A stretch of DNA of 64,000 bases from Vicinamibacterales bacterium (lineage in GTDB: Bacteria > Acidobacteriota > Vicinamibacteria > Vicinamibacterales > UBA2999), in assembly GCA_035646375.1 (NCBI GenBank), contig DASRPM010000104.1, positions 4,025 through 68,024 of the forward strand, given 5' to 3'. The position numbers and the translations under genes were made by a program. The notes below the pieces were generated by a model. That model did not search any database and was not told where the DNA came from. It saw nothing but the letters and a program-made list of their open reading frames with translations. Positions 49,093 through 60,376 of the stretch are shown piece by piece (the first letter of the stretch is position 1; each line of letters starts with the position of its first letter).

Positions 49093-52000
49093 TCAGAACG
49101 AATACTTGAGCGCGAACTGCATGATCCGCGGATCGTCGGCGCTCGTGATCTGGCCGAACTGCACGTTGTTGAAGTTGGTCACCGGCGCGTTGAGCCCGGG
49201 ATTGAACCAGTTGAACGCGTTGAACGCCTCGGCGCGCGCTTCGATCACGTGCGTCCCGAACCGGAAGCGCCGCACCAGCGACAGATCGACCGCCTTGTTG
49301 CCCGGCCCCACGATGCTGTTGCGCTGCAGGTTCCCCAGCGTGCCGAGCGCCGGCTCGGCGAACGCCGCGCGACTGAGGTAGTTGGTGTACGACTTGTCGC
49401 CGTACGGGTTGTCCAGCACCACGTTCGGCCGTTGATTGGCGATGCCGGTGCGTGCCGGATCGCTCGTGAGCGTCACGTTGAGCGGCCGGCCCGAGAAGAA
49501 GCGCGCGATGCCCGACAGGCTCCAGTCCGACGCGATGGCGCGCAACGTCGCGTTCTGGAAGTCCGGGGTGCGCGCGACGAGCGCCATGTTGAACAGGTGG
49601 CGGCGGTCCGTGTCGCACGGGCCGTAGTCGTAGTCTGGATTGGTGGGATCCACATACCCGGTGCCGACGTTCGGCGTCGTGCCGCCCTGCGTCGGCAGCC
49701 CCATGCACTTCGAGAGCGTGTAGTTGGCGCTGGCCGTAATGCCGTTCTGGCTGCGCCGCTGCACGCTCAGGAGCAGGCCGTTGTACTTCTGGTAGCCGAG
49801 CGCGGTGTGCTCGTCCACGACGCCGAGATACTTGCCGGTGTCGAAGTTCTCCATCGTGAGCACGCGGCGGTTGTTGAGCGTCCCGGTGGTCGAGCACGGG
49901 GTGAACGTCTGTGGGCCCGAGGCGGTCTGCAGCGTGCACGAGCCGGGGATGTAGACGCCGGGATTGAGCGAGCGCACGTTCCACAGGCGGTCCGAATAGC
50001 TCCCCAGATAGGTGGCCGAGACGGCGAGATCGTTGCCGATCTGGCGCTGCACGCTGACATTCCACGACTGCTGCCGCGGCACGCGGATGTCCGACGGAAT
50101 CGAGATGTAGGGCCCCGTCAACGGGAAGACCGAGTTGGGACCGGTCGTGAACGGGAAGAACGTCTCGTTGCCGGTGCCCAGCCACGGGTTGTCGAAGCCG
50201 CCGGCGGGGCTGTCCACGCGCGCCTCGGCGTTGAACGGCGGCGCCACCGACGTGTTGAGGTGGAACTGCGCGTTCACGAAGTCGTAGGACAGGGAGTAGC
50301 CGGTGCGGATCGACATGCGGCCGTCGCCGTTCGGATCCCACGCAAAGCCCACCCGCGGCGAGAACTGCCACCAGTGGTTCTCCATGCCCGCTTTGTCGTT
50401 GGTGAAGTCGGCGTCGCCGGGATAGAGAAATCCGGGTGGCGCGTTCGAGTACTGGGTGGTGCGCGTGCCCGCCCGGAAGCGATCGACGCTGAAGTTGTAG
50501 ATGGCGCCGTTCCGGATCTGCTGCGCGAGACCGGGCTCCCAGCGCACGCCGTAGTTCAACGTGGCCTTCGACGACAGCTTCCACGTGTCCTGGGCATAGA
50601 AGCCGAGGTAGAGCTGCTTCATGTCGAGTGAGTTCGGCGTCGCTTGAATGAGCTGGAAGAGGCTTCCAGTGAGGAAGTCGGCGAGCGGCAGGCCGGTGAT
50701 GTTGCCGTTGAAGGTGAACTGGCCCGGCGAGCGCACGTTGGCCTGCGAGAGCGAGGTCCAGTAGGAGACGTTTCCGCCGATGCCGAACTGGTGTGCGCCG
50801 CGCACGAGCGTCAGGTCGTCGCTGACCTGGTAGGAGGGCGTCTGGAAGCGCGCCTCGCTCTCGGTGCCGCCCCCGAGCTGGAAGCCACCGCCGGTGACGT
50901 TCACCAGCAGGTAGTCCTCGATGTAGCTGTACATGCGGACACCGACCTCGGGCGCCGAGAAGCCGATCGGCTCGTGGATGCGGTGGATGTCGGTGTTGTT
51001 GTAGGCGACGCGCAGCGCGTTGACGGTGTTGTTGCTCAGCACCATCGTGTCGCCGACCGTCACCGAGCGGGCCTTGTTGTCGCGGCCGCCCAGGCTCGAC
51101 ACCAGGACGTTCTCCGGCTGGAGCTGCCCGGGGGGTGTCCACTTGACGCGCGTTTCGATCGCGCGGACGAAGAGCGAGTGGTTCGGCGTGAGCGTCAGAT
51201 CCACTTTACCGATGAATTGCGATTCGTCCTGCGGCCGGCTCCGGCTGTAGTTGAAGCGCCCGCACTTGTCGGTGGTCGTCGGCAGGTGCCGGGCAATCTC
51301 CAACGCCGCGGGGCTGAAGCGGGACGGGTCGATGCGATTGTTGACGAACGGACCTCCCAGCTGCAGGGGAGGGAGAGTGGCCGGACGGTTGGGCGTGCAG
51401 TCTCGCGACGCGTAGTCCGTGAAGTCGCCCGCGAGCATCGCGGCGGTCGGTACGAATGCGAACAGGTCGGCGGGCGTCTCGCGCAGCCGCGTGCCCTGAT
51501 ACGCCCCGAAGAAGAACAGCCGGTCGGTCTTCAGCGGACCGCCGAACGTGCCGCCGAACTGGTTGCGGCTCAGGCCGTCGCCCTGGCGCTTGCATGTCTC
51601 GGGCAGGAAGACCGGGCACGGGACTCCGGTCGTCCGGTTGACCGAGTTGTTGAAGCGGTTGACGGCATTGAAGCGGTGGTTGCGGACGAACTCGAAGAGG
51701 TCGCCGCGGAACCTGTTGGTGCCCGACTTGGTGACCGCGTTCACCGACGCGCTCGAGTGCACGCCGTTGCTGGCGGTTGTGGAGCTGGTCTCGAGGCGGA
51801 ACTCCTGCAGGGCATCGGGGAAGGGCAGCGGCAGGTTCAGGTTGTCGTAGGGATTGTTGTGCGTGGCGCCGTCGAGCGTGAACGCCACACCGAAGCTCTG
51901 GCCGCCGGCCACAGCAATGGCGCGGCCGCCCTGCATGCTGCGGCTGGTGGCGTCGAGCGCCGGCTGCGGCACCGCCGCGCCCGCCAGCGTGATGAGATCC

Positions 52001-52467
52001 ACCGGGTTGCGGCCGTTGAGCGGCAGCTCCTCGATGCGCTCGTTCTCGATGACCTGGCCGATGCCGGGGCTGCGGGTTTCGACGAGCGGTGTTGCCCCCT
52101 GCACGGCGACCGTCTCGGTGATCTCACCGAGCGAGAGCGTGATGTTGATCTCGGGGTTGGCGTTGACCTGCAACACGAGGCCGGTCTGCTGAAACGCGCG
52201 GAAGCCGGAGAGCATGGCGTCGAGGCGGTAGGGACCGACGGGCAGGTTCGACAGCACGAACAGGCCGTTGGCTTCGGTGACGACCGAGCGGCGGAACCCG
52301 GTGTCGGTCTGAACCGCGCTGACGTCCACGCCGGGCAGCACCGCCCCGCTCGTGTCCCGAACGGTTCCCGTGATTTGCGCGGTGGATCCGATTTGCGCGG
52401 TGGCCGCGCTCGTGGCGAGGAACAGCACGGCAAGCCCAGGCAGCAACGCACGGAGTGCACGGCCCAT
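49093..52467 (-). CDS. TonB-dependent receptor with an N-terminal carboxypeptidase-regulatory-like domain (1124 aa)
   Basis: ITGTVRDTSGAVLPGVDVSAV...GLFVLSNLPVGPY; plug region with LNGRN; terminal ...FALKYSF. Confidence 0.9.
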   Translation of the reverse strand: MGRALRALLPGLAVLFLATSAATAQIGSTAQITGTVRDTSGAVLPGVDVSAVQTDTGFRRSVVTEANGLFVLSNLPVGPYRLDAMLSGFRAFQQTGLVLQVNANPEINITLSLGEITETVAVQGATPLVETRSPGIGQVIENERIEELPLNGRNPVDLITLAGAAVPQPALDATSRSMQGGRAIAVAGGQSFGVAFTLDGATHNNPYDNLNLPLPFPDALQEFRLETSSTTASNGVHSSASVNAVTKSGTNRFRGDLFEFVRNHRFNAVNRFNNSVNRTTGVPCPVFLPETCKRQGDGLSRNQFGGTFGGPLKTDRLFFFGAYQGTRLRETPADLFAFVPTAAMLAGDFTDYASRDCTPNRPATLPPLQLGGPFVNNRIDPSRFSPAALEIARHLPTTTDKCGRFNYSRSRPQDESQFIGKVDLTLTPNHSLFVRAIETRVKWTPPGQLQPENVLVSSLGGRDNKARSVTVGDTMVLSNNTVNALRVAYNNTDIHRIHEPIGFSAPEVGVRMYSYIEDYLLVNVTGGGFQLGGGTESEARFQTPSYQVSDDLTLVRGAHQFGIGGNVSYWTSLSQANVRSPGQFTFNGNITGLPLADFLTGSLFQLIQATPNSLDMKQLYLGFYAQDTWKLSSKATLNYGVRWEPGLAQQIRNGAIYNFSVDRFRAGTRTTQYSNAPPGFLYPGDADFTNDKAGMENHWWQFSPRVGFAWDPNGDGRMSIRTGYSLSYDFVNAQFHLNTSVAPPFNAEARVDSPAGGFDNPWLGTGNETFFPFTTGPNSVFPLTGPYISIPSDIRVPRQQSWNVSVQRQIGNDLAVSATYLGSYSDRLWNVRSLNPGVYIPGSCTLQTASGPQTFTPCSTTGTLNNRRVLTMENFDTGKYLGVVDEHTALGYQKYNGLLLSVQRRSQNGITASANYTLSKCMGLPTQGGTTPNVGTGYVDPTNPDYDYGPCDTDRRHLFNMALVARTPDFQNATLRAIASDWSLSGIARFFSGRPLNVTLTSDPARTGIANQRPNVVLDNPYGDKSYTNYLSRAAFAEPALGTLGNLQRNSIVGPGNKAVDLSLVRRFRFGTHVIEARAEAFNAFNWFNPGLNAPVTNFNNVQFGQITSADDPRIMQFALKYSF

Positions 52468-52596
52468 CTCGACCCTCCAGTTCTCCCGCTACCTCGATTG
52501 GGGTACGGCAGCGTTGAAAGCGCCGGGAGTATACGTCCGCCCGGCGCGTTTGCGCCAGCCGAAAGCAGATGAGCATCGGAATTACGATCGGGAGCG

Positions 52597-53745
52597 GTGG
52601 AAGACCGTCCCACGCTCGAGAGCCTGCGCCGCTACGCGGTGGCGCGCAGCCTGTTTGCGCCCACGACGCTCCAGCGCGCGATCGACCGGCTCGGGTTCGT
52701 ACAGGCGGATCCGATCCGGGCGCCGGCGCGCGCGCAGGACCTGACGCTTCGCCACCGGGTCACCGGGTATCGCGCCGGTGATCTCGAGCGCCTCTACGCG
52801 CAGCTCGACGTTCACGAGGATTTCTTCGTCAACTACGGCTTCGTGTCGCCGGCGGTCTCGTCGCTGATGCACCCTCGCGGCGGGCCGACGCCGTGGAGCG
52901 CCGCGCGCGGACGCCACGTCAAGGCGCTGCTGGCGTTCGTACGCGAGCGCGGCGAGGTGCACCCGCGGGAGGTGGACGAGCACTTCGCGCTCGGCACCGT
53001 CACCAACTATTGGGGTGGGTCGTCCAGCGCGACGACGCACCTGCTCGACCAGATGCACTACCGCGGCCTGTTGCGGGTGATGCGGCGCGACAACGGCATC
53101 CGCGTCTACGCCGTGCACGAGCACGCGCCGGTCCCGCGCGATCCCGCCACCCGCCGGGCGCGGCTCGATGCGCTCGTGGACGTGGTGGTGGCCAAGTACG
53201 CGCCGCTCACCGCGTCGGGGCTCAACCGCCTGGTGAAGCGGCTGCGCTACGGCGTGCCCCAGTGGGCGACCGGCTTGAACCGCGCGGTGCAGCGCGCCAG
53301 GCAGCGCCTGTCGCATGCGCACGTGGACGGCGTGGACTGGTACTGGCCGGTTCACGAGGAGCCTGCCGCCGCCGAGCCCGATGACGCCGTCCGCCTGCTG
53401 GCGCCGTTCGATCCGATCGTGTGGGATCGGCCGCGGTTCGAGCTGCTCTGGGGATGGGAGTATCGCTTCGAGGCGTATACGCCGGTGCCCAAGCGCAAGC
53501 TCGGGTACTACGCGCTGCCGCTGTTGTGGCGCGATCGCGTCGTGGGCTGGGCCAACGTGGCGGCGGCGGGCAGCGAGCTCAGCTCCGACGTCCGCTACGT
53601 GGCCGGCCGCCCGCCCCGTGAGCGGGCGTTCGCGGCGGCGCTCGATGACGAGCTGTCCCGCCTCGCGGTGACGCTGGGGCTGTCGGCCGGCCGGAAGGCG
53701 CGCCGCGCTCAGCGCGAGGCGATCGGCAGGACGACGCCGGCCTGA
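52597..53745 (+). CDS. YcaQ/AlkZ-family winged-helix DNA glycosylase-like protein
   Basis: GFVQADPIRAPARAQDLTLRHRV, FVNYGFV, YTPVPKRKLGYYALPLL. Confidence 0.75.
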   Translation: MEDRPTLESLRRYAVARSLFAPTTLQRAIDRLGFVQADPIRAPARAQDLTLRHRVTGYRAGDLERLYAQLDVHEDFFVNYGFVSPAVSSLMHPRGGPTPWSAARGRHVKALLAFVRERGEVHPREVDEHFALGTVTNYWGGSSSATTHLLDQMHYRGLLRVMRRDNGIRVYAVHEHAPVPRDPATRRARLDALVDVVVAKYAPLTASGLNRLVKRLRYGVPQWATGLNRAVQRARQRLSHAHVDGVDWYWPVHEEPAAAEPDDAVRLLAPFDPIVWDRPRFELLWGWEYRFEAYTPVPKRKLGYYALPLLWRDRVVGWANVAAAGSELSSDVRYVAGRPPRERAFAAALDDELSRLAVTLGLSAGRKARRAQREAIGRTTPA

Positions 53746-54230
53746 AGCCGCAGCGTATTGAGCGCGCCGTCGTCGAACGCGATCGGAAACGAGATGCCGG
53801 CGCGCAGCGCGAGGCCGCGGGCCATCCCGAAGTCCACGCCGAAGCCCGGTTCGATCATGAAGAACGTGGCGGAGCTGCCGCAGCAGCCAGTGTTCATGCC
53901 GCCGACCAGGAACTGCGCGAACGGATCGACGCCGGGGGCCGTGCGCCCCGACAGGCGGAGCCCGCCTTGAAACGTGTGCAGGCGAAAGGTCTCGCCGAAG
54001 TCCGACCGGTAGTTGCCGGCCACCTCGCCCACCAGTGAGATTGCGGATCGATCGATCGGTGCGGCGAACGACAACAGCCAGCCGGCCGGCATGTTGAGAT
54101 CGGGGCCTTCGAGAATCCGGAGAAACGAGTAGCTGACGCCCAGCGTGGTCTGGGCGGACGCCACCCCCGTGTGCACGGCGAGGGAGAAGACCAAGGCAAG
54201 CAGCCACGTCGACCGTCGAATAATCATCAT
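53709..54230 (-). CDS. Small outer-membrane beta-barrel protein
   Basis: Signal peptide ...GVASAQ, alternating strands, aromatic or terminal residue pattern. Convergent 37-nt overlap with the upstream gene. Confidence 0.6.
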   Translation of the reverse strand: MMIIRRSTWLLALVFSLAVHTGVASAQTTLGVSYSFLRILEGPDLNMPAGWLLSFAAPIDRSAISLVGEVAGNYRSDFGETFRLHTFQGGLRLSGRTAPGVDPFAQFLVGGMNTGCCGSSATFFMIEPGFGVDFGMARGLALRAGISFPIAFDDGALNTLRLQAGVVLPIASR

Positions 54231-54285
54231 CAGCCTCGGAGTGAATTAGCGTATGCCGCAGATTACTGCACCGAGGAGGGCACGC

Positions 54286-54834
54286 ATGCGCACAGTCTTC
54301 GCGTTGAGCTGGTTGATGACACTCGCAGCGGCGCTGATAGCCGCGCCCGCTGTCGCATGGGCACAGGTTGTCGCTCCGCAGGCCGGCTGCAAGGCGACGC
54401 CGGCCGAACTCGAGGCAAACAAAAAGGTCGCGATGGAGTTCTTCCGTCCCGGCGTGGACCGCGTGGCGCTGGCCGACACGACGTACAAGCAGCACAACCC
54501 GGCGTTCGTGAAGGGCGGCCGCGAGGCGGGCCTCAGCGACTACGAGTACTTCAAGTCGCGTTTCGGCGGGCCGCCGCGCCAGGGTGGTCCGGGGCCGGGA
54601 CGAGGGCAGGCCGAGGGGCCGCAGCCGCCGGCCGGCAACCCGCTCGAGATCGTGATGGCCGAATGCGACGTAGTCACCGTCGTCCACAAGAACTTCCGCC
54701 AGGACCCCACGGCGGCGCCCGGCACCTGGTACGAGGTGTTCACGTTCGACACCTTCCGTGTCCGCAATGGCAAGCTGGTCGAGCACTGGGACGGGGCGGT
54801 GATCAATCCGCCGGCGCCGGGCCGCGGCAATTAG
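54286..54834 (+). CDS. Secreted SnoaL-like / NTF2-fold protein
   Basis: Start at MRTVFAL, with GAGGAGGG upstream. Signal peptide; NKKVAMEFF...; F-T-FRVRNGKLVEHWD C-terminus. Confidence 0.65.
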   Translation: MRTVFALSWLMTLAAALIAAPAVAWAQVVAPQAGCKATPAELEANKKVAMEFFRPGVDRVALADTTYKQHNPAFVKGGREAGLSDYEYFKSRFGGPPRQGGPGPGRGQAEGPQPPAGNPLEIVMAECDVVTVVHKNFRQDPTAAPGTWYEVFTFDTFRVRNGKLVEHWDGAVINPPAPGRGN

Positions 54835-54846
54835 AATGAACGCACT

Positions 54847-56265
54847 ATGCCGTCACGCACGCCACGACTCTCGCGCCGCGGGCTCCTGAAACGAGGCGCG
54901 ACCGCCGCCGCGGCGGTGGCCGCCGGCGGCGCCGCGCCCGCCGCGGCTCAGGGCCAGGCGCCGGCCGTCGTGACCGGGCGCACGTTCCGCGCGTGGATCT
55001 CGCGCGGCAGCGGTTCCGGGCGGACCACGCTGCAGGACGTGCGGATGCGCGCCGTCACCGGCCGCATGGTCGTGGTGCGCACGGAAGCCACCAATCTCTG
55101 CTACTCGAACGTCGGCGCCGTGCTCGGCATCCAGGCCGCACCGCCGGGCGGCACAGTGCCTGCCAACGCTGCCGCGCCCGCCAACCCGGCCGCCGCCGGC
55201 GGGACGCTCGCCGGCACCGACAGCATGGCGCTCATTCAGGGGCACGGCGGCATCGGCGTGGTCGAGGCGGTGGGGCCGGAAGTGCGGCGCGTGCAGGTGG
55301 GCGATCGCGTGTGCGTGTCGGGCACGCCGCAGTGCGGCGCGTGCTACCACTGCCTGCGCGGCCGCGCCGACATCTGCCAGCTGCTCGGGCGCAATCTGGC
55401 GTCGGATCTCATCCCCGTCGCGGATCTGCGCGACGGCACGCCGGTCTATTCCAACTCGCACATCGGCGGCCTCGGCGAGCTGATGGTCACCTGGGAAGAG
55501 TGGATCGTGCCGGTCGTCTCGAAGGCCAGCAACGTGGATCTCGGCATGGTGTGCAGCTGCGTCAGCGTGGCGGGGTTGGGCGCCACCACGTCGGGCACGC
55601 TGGCAACGCTGGCGCCGGGGTCGGCCGTGGCCGTGGTGGGCTGCGGGCCGCTGGGCCTCAGCGCCGTGCAGGGCGCGCGCATTGCCGGCGCCTCGATCAT
55701 CATCGGCATCGACCCGATCCGCGCGCGGCGCGACGTGGCGATGAAAGTGGGCGCCACGCACGTCCTCGATCCCAACGTGGAAGGCGATCGGCTGATCGAA
55801 CGCGTCCGCGCGTTGACGGCGGGCCCGACCAATCGCACCTGGAGCGGCGGGCGCGATTCGGGCGGGCGCCGCAGCGGCGCCGGCGCCGACCTGGTGGTGG
55901 AGGCGGCCGGTGCCGAGTTCGTGCGGCCGAAGCTCGAACAGGGCCCCGATCCCAGCGGCATCCTGCCGATGCAGCAGGCGTATCAGATGGCGTCGGCCGG
56001 CGGCCACGTGATCACGACGGGCCTGGTGCGCGGCACGATTGCGTTGCCGGCGTTCCTCTTTGCGATTGGCGGCGTCACGCACTCGGGTGGCCAGGCCGGC
56101 GGGGCCAACCCGATGCGCGACATCCCCCGCTTCGTCGAGATGCTCCACGCCGGCCGCTACGATCCCAAGCTGCTCGCCACGCGCGTCGTCGGCCTGCGCG
56201 ACGTGCTCGGCGCCTACGAGGAAGTCGCCTATCGCACGACGATCACGGCGCTGATGGTGTTGTAG
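54847..56265 (+). CDS. Zn-dependent MDR-family alcohol dehydrogenase with a twin-arginine (TAT) signal
   Basis: LSRRGLLKRGATAAAAVAAGG; GHGGIGVVEAVG; CGACYHCLRG; GCGPLGLSAV Rossmann motif. Confidence 0.8.
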   Translation: MPSRTPRLSRRGLLKRGATAAAAVAAGGAAPAAAQGQAPAVVTGRTFRAWISRGSGSGRTTLQDVRMRAVTGRMVVVRTEATNLCYSNVGAVLGIQAAPPGGTVPANAAAPANPAAAGGTLAGTDSMALIQGHGGIGVVEAVGPEVRRVQVGDRVCVSGTPQCGACYHCLRGRADICQLLGRNLASDLIPVADLRDGTPVYSNSHIGGLGELMVTWEEWIVPVVSKASNVDLGMVCSCVSVAGLGATTSGTLATLAPGSAVAVVGCGPLGLSAVQGARIAGASIIIGIDPIRARRDVAMKVGATHVLDPNVEGDRLIERVRALTAGPTNRTWSGGRDSGGRRSGAGADLVVEAAGAEFVRPKLEQGPDPSGILPMQQAYQMASAGGHVITTGLVRGTIALPAFLFAIGGVTHSGGQAGGANPMRDIPRFVEMLHAGRYDPKLLATRVVGLRDVLGAYEEVAYRTTITALMVL

Positions 56266-56950
56266 CGAGCGTGCAGCTGTGATCCGCGTGATCACGGCAG
56301 GTTTTGAAAAAGGCGTGCGTGGTGGCGACGAAGGACAAGCCTTCGGCCGCGGTACCCCAGCCTGGCACCTTCGAGAACTTACCCTGCTCGTGAAGCTTGT
56401 AACGGTTGAAATACTCGCCAATCCGCTGCTGTTCCCCGGTCGTGAGGGCATGGAGCGGACGGCCGTCTGAGCCGGTGCGAGAGAGCACGACCTTTGAATC
56501 GAGACCCTTCTCGTCCTCCATCCGCATCAGGCCGACAATCACGCCCGTGATCAGGCGGCCTCCCTCGATGGGCGGACCGAGCACCAGCACATCGAACGGA
56601 TCGCCGTCGTAGGAGACGGTCTGTGGCACGAAGCCGTAGTTGACGGGGTAGCCGCCGATGCTTTCCGGCAGCGTGCGATCGACGCCGCGCCGGTTGGCCC
56701 CCATGTCGAACTCCCATTTGCGGCGGTCGCCCCGCGCGATCTCGATGTAGCCGTTCACCGTGCCGTCGGGGTTGAGCGGCGGAGTGTCGCGCCACACGTG
56801 CGACCGGTGCCGCGCTGCCGCCTCGAGGCTCCGGTCCAGTTCCGTCGTGGCCTGCACGGGGAGCGTGACGGGAACGCCGTCGTCGCGTTTTCCAGAGACG
56901 ACTCCGGACGCGACGAGCAGCACGACAACCACCGCGGCGGCACGAGGCAT
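56243..56950 (-). CDS. ppa: Family I inorganic pyrophosphatase homolog with an N-terminal signal peptide
   Basis: MPRAAAVVVVLLVASGVVSG; YIEIARGDRRKWEFD; YGFVPQTVSYDGDPFDVLVL. Confidence 0.75.
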   Translation of the reverse strand: MPRAAAVVVVLLVASGVVSGKRDDGVPVTLPVQATTELDRSLEAAARHRSHVWRDTPPLNPDGTVNGYIEIARGDRRKWEFDMGANRRGVDRTLPESIGGYPVNYGFVPQTVSYDGDPFDVLVLGPPIEGGRLITGVIVGLMRMEDEKGLDSKVVLSRTGSDGRPLHALTTGEQQRIGEYFNRYKLHEQGKFSKVPGWGTAAEGLSFVATTHAFFKTCRDHADHSCTLATTPSAP

Positions 56951-56986
56951 GAAGGCCGTTGGTGCAACACGCGGGCCACTCTGTCA

Positions 56987-57041
56987 GGGCGGCCTGAAGG
57001 CCGCCCTCTACATTGGCTCATGGGCCGCCTGAAGGCGGCCC
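56987..57041 (-). terminator. Two tandem hairpins: GGGCGGCC-tgaa-GGCCGCCC (56987..57006) and GGGCCGCC-tgaa-GGCGGCCC (57022..57041)
   Basis: 8-bp perfect stems directly downstream of the response-regulator stop at 57057. Confidence 0.6.
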
Positions 57042-57056
57042 CTACGACGGATCGCG

Positions 57057-58402
<1,346 letters not shown>

Positions 58403-58406
<4 letters not shown>

Positions 58407-59788
58407 TGATGTCTGGGAAGGATCACCCGGAAGCCGGCGCCGCCGAGCGCGCCCTCGACGAGCGCGATGTCGCCGCCCATGCGCAGCGCGTTCTTCTTGG
58501 CGATGGAGAGCCCGAGCCCCATCCCGTGCTTCTTGAACGTGATGGTCGGCTCGAAGAGCGTTCGCGCGGCCTCCTCGCCGAGGCCAGGCCCCGAATCGTG
58601 CACCTCCATCGCGACGTCGTGTCCGTACACCCGCGTGGTTGCCTCCACCGTACCGCCTGGCCCCGCCGCCTCGGCGGCATTCTCCAGCAGGTTCGTCAGG
58701 ATGCCTTTCACCAGGTCGGCGCTGGCAAGAACCGCCGGTACGTGCGCGTCGAGCGTGCAGCGGTAGGTGGTGTCCGGATGCGCCGGCCTCAGCAGCGACA
58801 CACGCTCGCTGACGATGGCGTTGATATCGAGCGGTTCGGCGTTCACGGGCGGCTCGCTGGCGAACTCGGAAAAGGCACGCACGCGGCGCTCGAGGGTTTC
58901 AATCTCGCCGATGACAATCTGCGCGGCCTGCTGCATGAACTCGCGGTCGCTCTGCGGCTGGCGTGCCACCATCTCTTCCACCGTCAGCCGGATCGGCGTC
59001 AGCGAGTTCTTCAGCTCGTGCGCCGTCTTGCGCGCCAGCGTTTCCCAGCTGGAGATCTGCGTCAGATAGACCAGCCGCTCGCGGTTGCGCCGCAGGTGCT
59101 CCGCCATGTCGTTGAACGCCGTCACCGCGCGCCCGACTTCGTCGTCGCGCGTCGTGGCCAGGCGCTGATGCCAATCGCCAGCCGCGAAACCGGTGAGCCC
59201 CGCCGTCAGCTCCTGAATCGGACGGCTGATGCGATGGGCCATGAAGAGGAGGGGGACCAGCGACACCAGCCAGACGACCGCCACCAGCAGGAGCAGGGTG
59301 AGCGTGAACCCGCGCTGGAGATCGCGCCCTTCCGTCGCGCCCACCAGCTCGCGCACCTGGCGCAGCTGTCCTCCGAGCTCCTCCATCTGAATGCCGCCGA
59401 GGTCGCGGCTGTAGACGTCCACGCGCGTGCCGGCGCGCGTCATGTAGTCCAGACGATCGCCGCCGGTCCCCGACAGGGTGAACCGTGCCGGCTCGCCGCT
59501 GATCCAGAAGGTGCGGACGGCGTCGGGCACGTTGCCGGCGGCGTCCATGTCGAACGAGGTGAAGCCGACCCGGCCGGTCTTGGCGTCCCGTTCGAGCGAC
59601 AGCCGCTCGCGTTCGTAGAAGCGGCGGACCGTGGCCTCGAGCGTCCGCGACAAGCCGTCGAGCTCCCCGGTGGTGGCATAACCGAGGCTGCGCTCGAGCA
59701 GCGACATCGTGATCCAGATCGTCGCGCCGAGCGGCAGCAGCGTGGCCACGAAGAACGCCGCGACGAGTCGAGTGCGGAGGCTACGCAC
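58403..59788 (-). CDS. NtrY-like sensor histidine kinase (2 TM, HAMP, HisKA, HATPase)
   Basis: GTG start. TAHELKNSLTPIRLTVEEM; NLLENAAEA; GMGLGLSI. Confidence 0.85.
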
Positions 59789-59791
59789 GCA

Positions 59792-60376
59792 TCAATTGCC
59801 GATCCGGAACGGACCGGCGTCGAACGATCGGCCCAGCGCTTCGTCGCCACGGCGCCGGCTGAGCGCGTCGATGAGCGTCCGCAGCGTGAAAAGGGCATCG
59901 GTCTCGGCCGGGGGCGGCGGCTGGTCCTGCACGCGGTACTCGAGCCGTATCCAAAAGGGCAGATCGCGCGCGAAGCGGCCAAGGGCGGTCAGCGGAAGCG
60001 CCAGGTTCTCCAGGCACCAGGCTTCGGCGTCCCGTGCGACGAGGTGTGAGATCGAACGCGGGGCGGCGCCGGTGCGCGTCACCGCGTAGCGCTGCTCCCA
60101 CAAGTCGAAGCTCAGGGTGAACGACTGCCGGTTCTGGGTAATCGTGCTCCCCTGGGCCTTGTCGAGGATCGTCATCTCGAAGTCCACGCGCACCGATCGG
60201 CCGTCCTTGAGGTGATCGGCCACCACGCCTTCGATGAGCCGCAGGCCGGAGCCGCGCACCTGGAGCATGTCTCCCGCCGCGCGCACCGTCAAGGACTGCG
60301 CCGCGAGGCCGCGTGGGACGGCCATGCAGGCGAGGGCCAGGAGCGCCAGCCCCGCATGCCGCGCTGCCGCCGTCAA
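59792..60376 (-). CDS. Periplasmic hypothetical protein (194 aa); its size and position next to an NtrY/NtrX-type pair recall DUF4390, unverified
   Basis: TTG start in a TTGA overlap with the Omp85 stop gives the signal peptide MTAAARHAGLALLALACMAVPRGLAAQ. Confidence 0.55.
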   Translation of the reverse strand: MTAAARHAGLALLALACMAVPRGLAAQSLTVRAAGDMLQVRGSGLRLIEGVVADHLKDGRSVRVDFEMTILDKAQGSTITQNRQSFTLSFDLWEQRYAVTRTGAAPRSISHLVARDAEAWCLENLALPLTALGRFARDLPFWIRLEYRVQDQPPPPAETDALFTLRTLIDALSRRRGDEALGRSFDAGPFRIGN

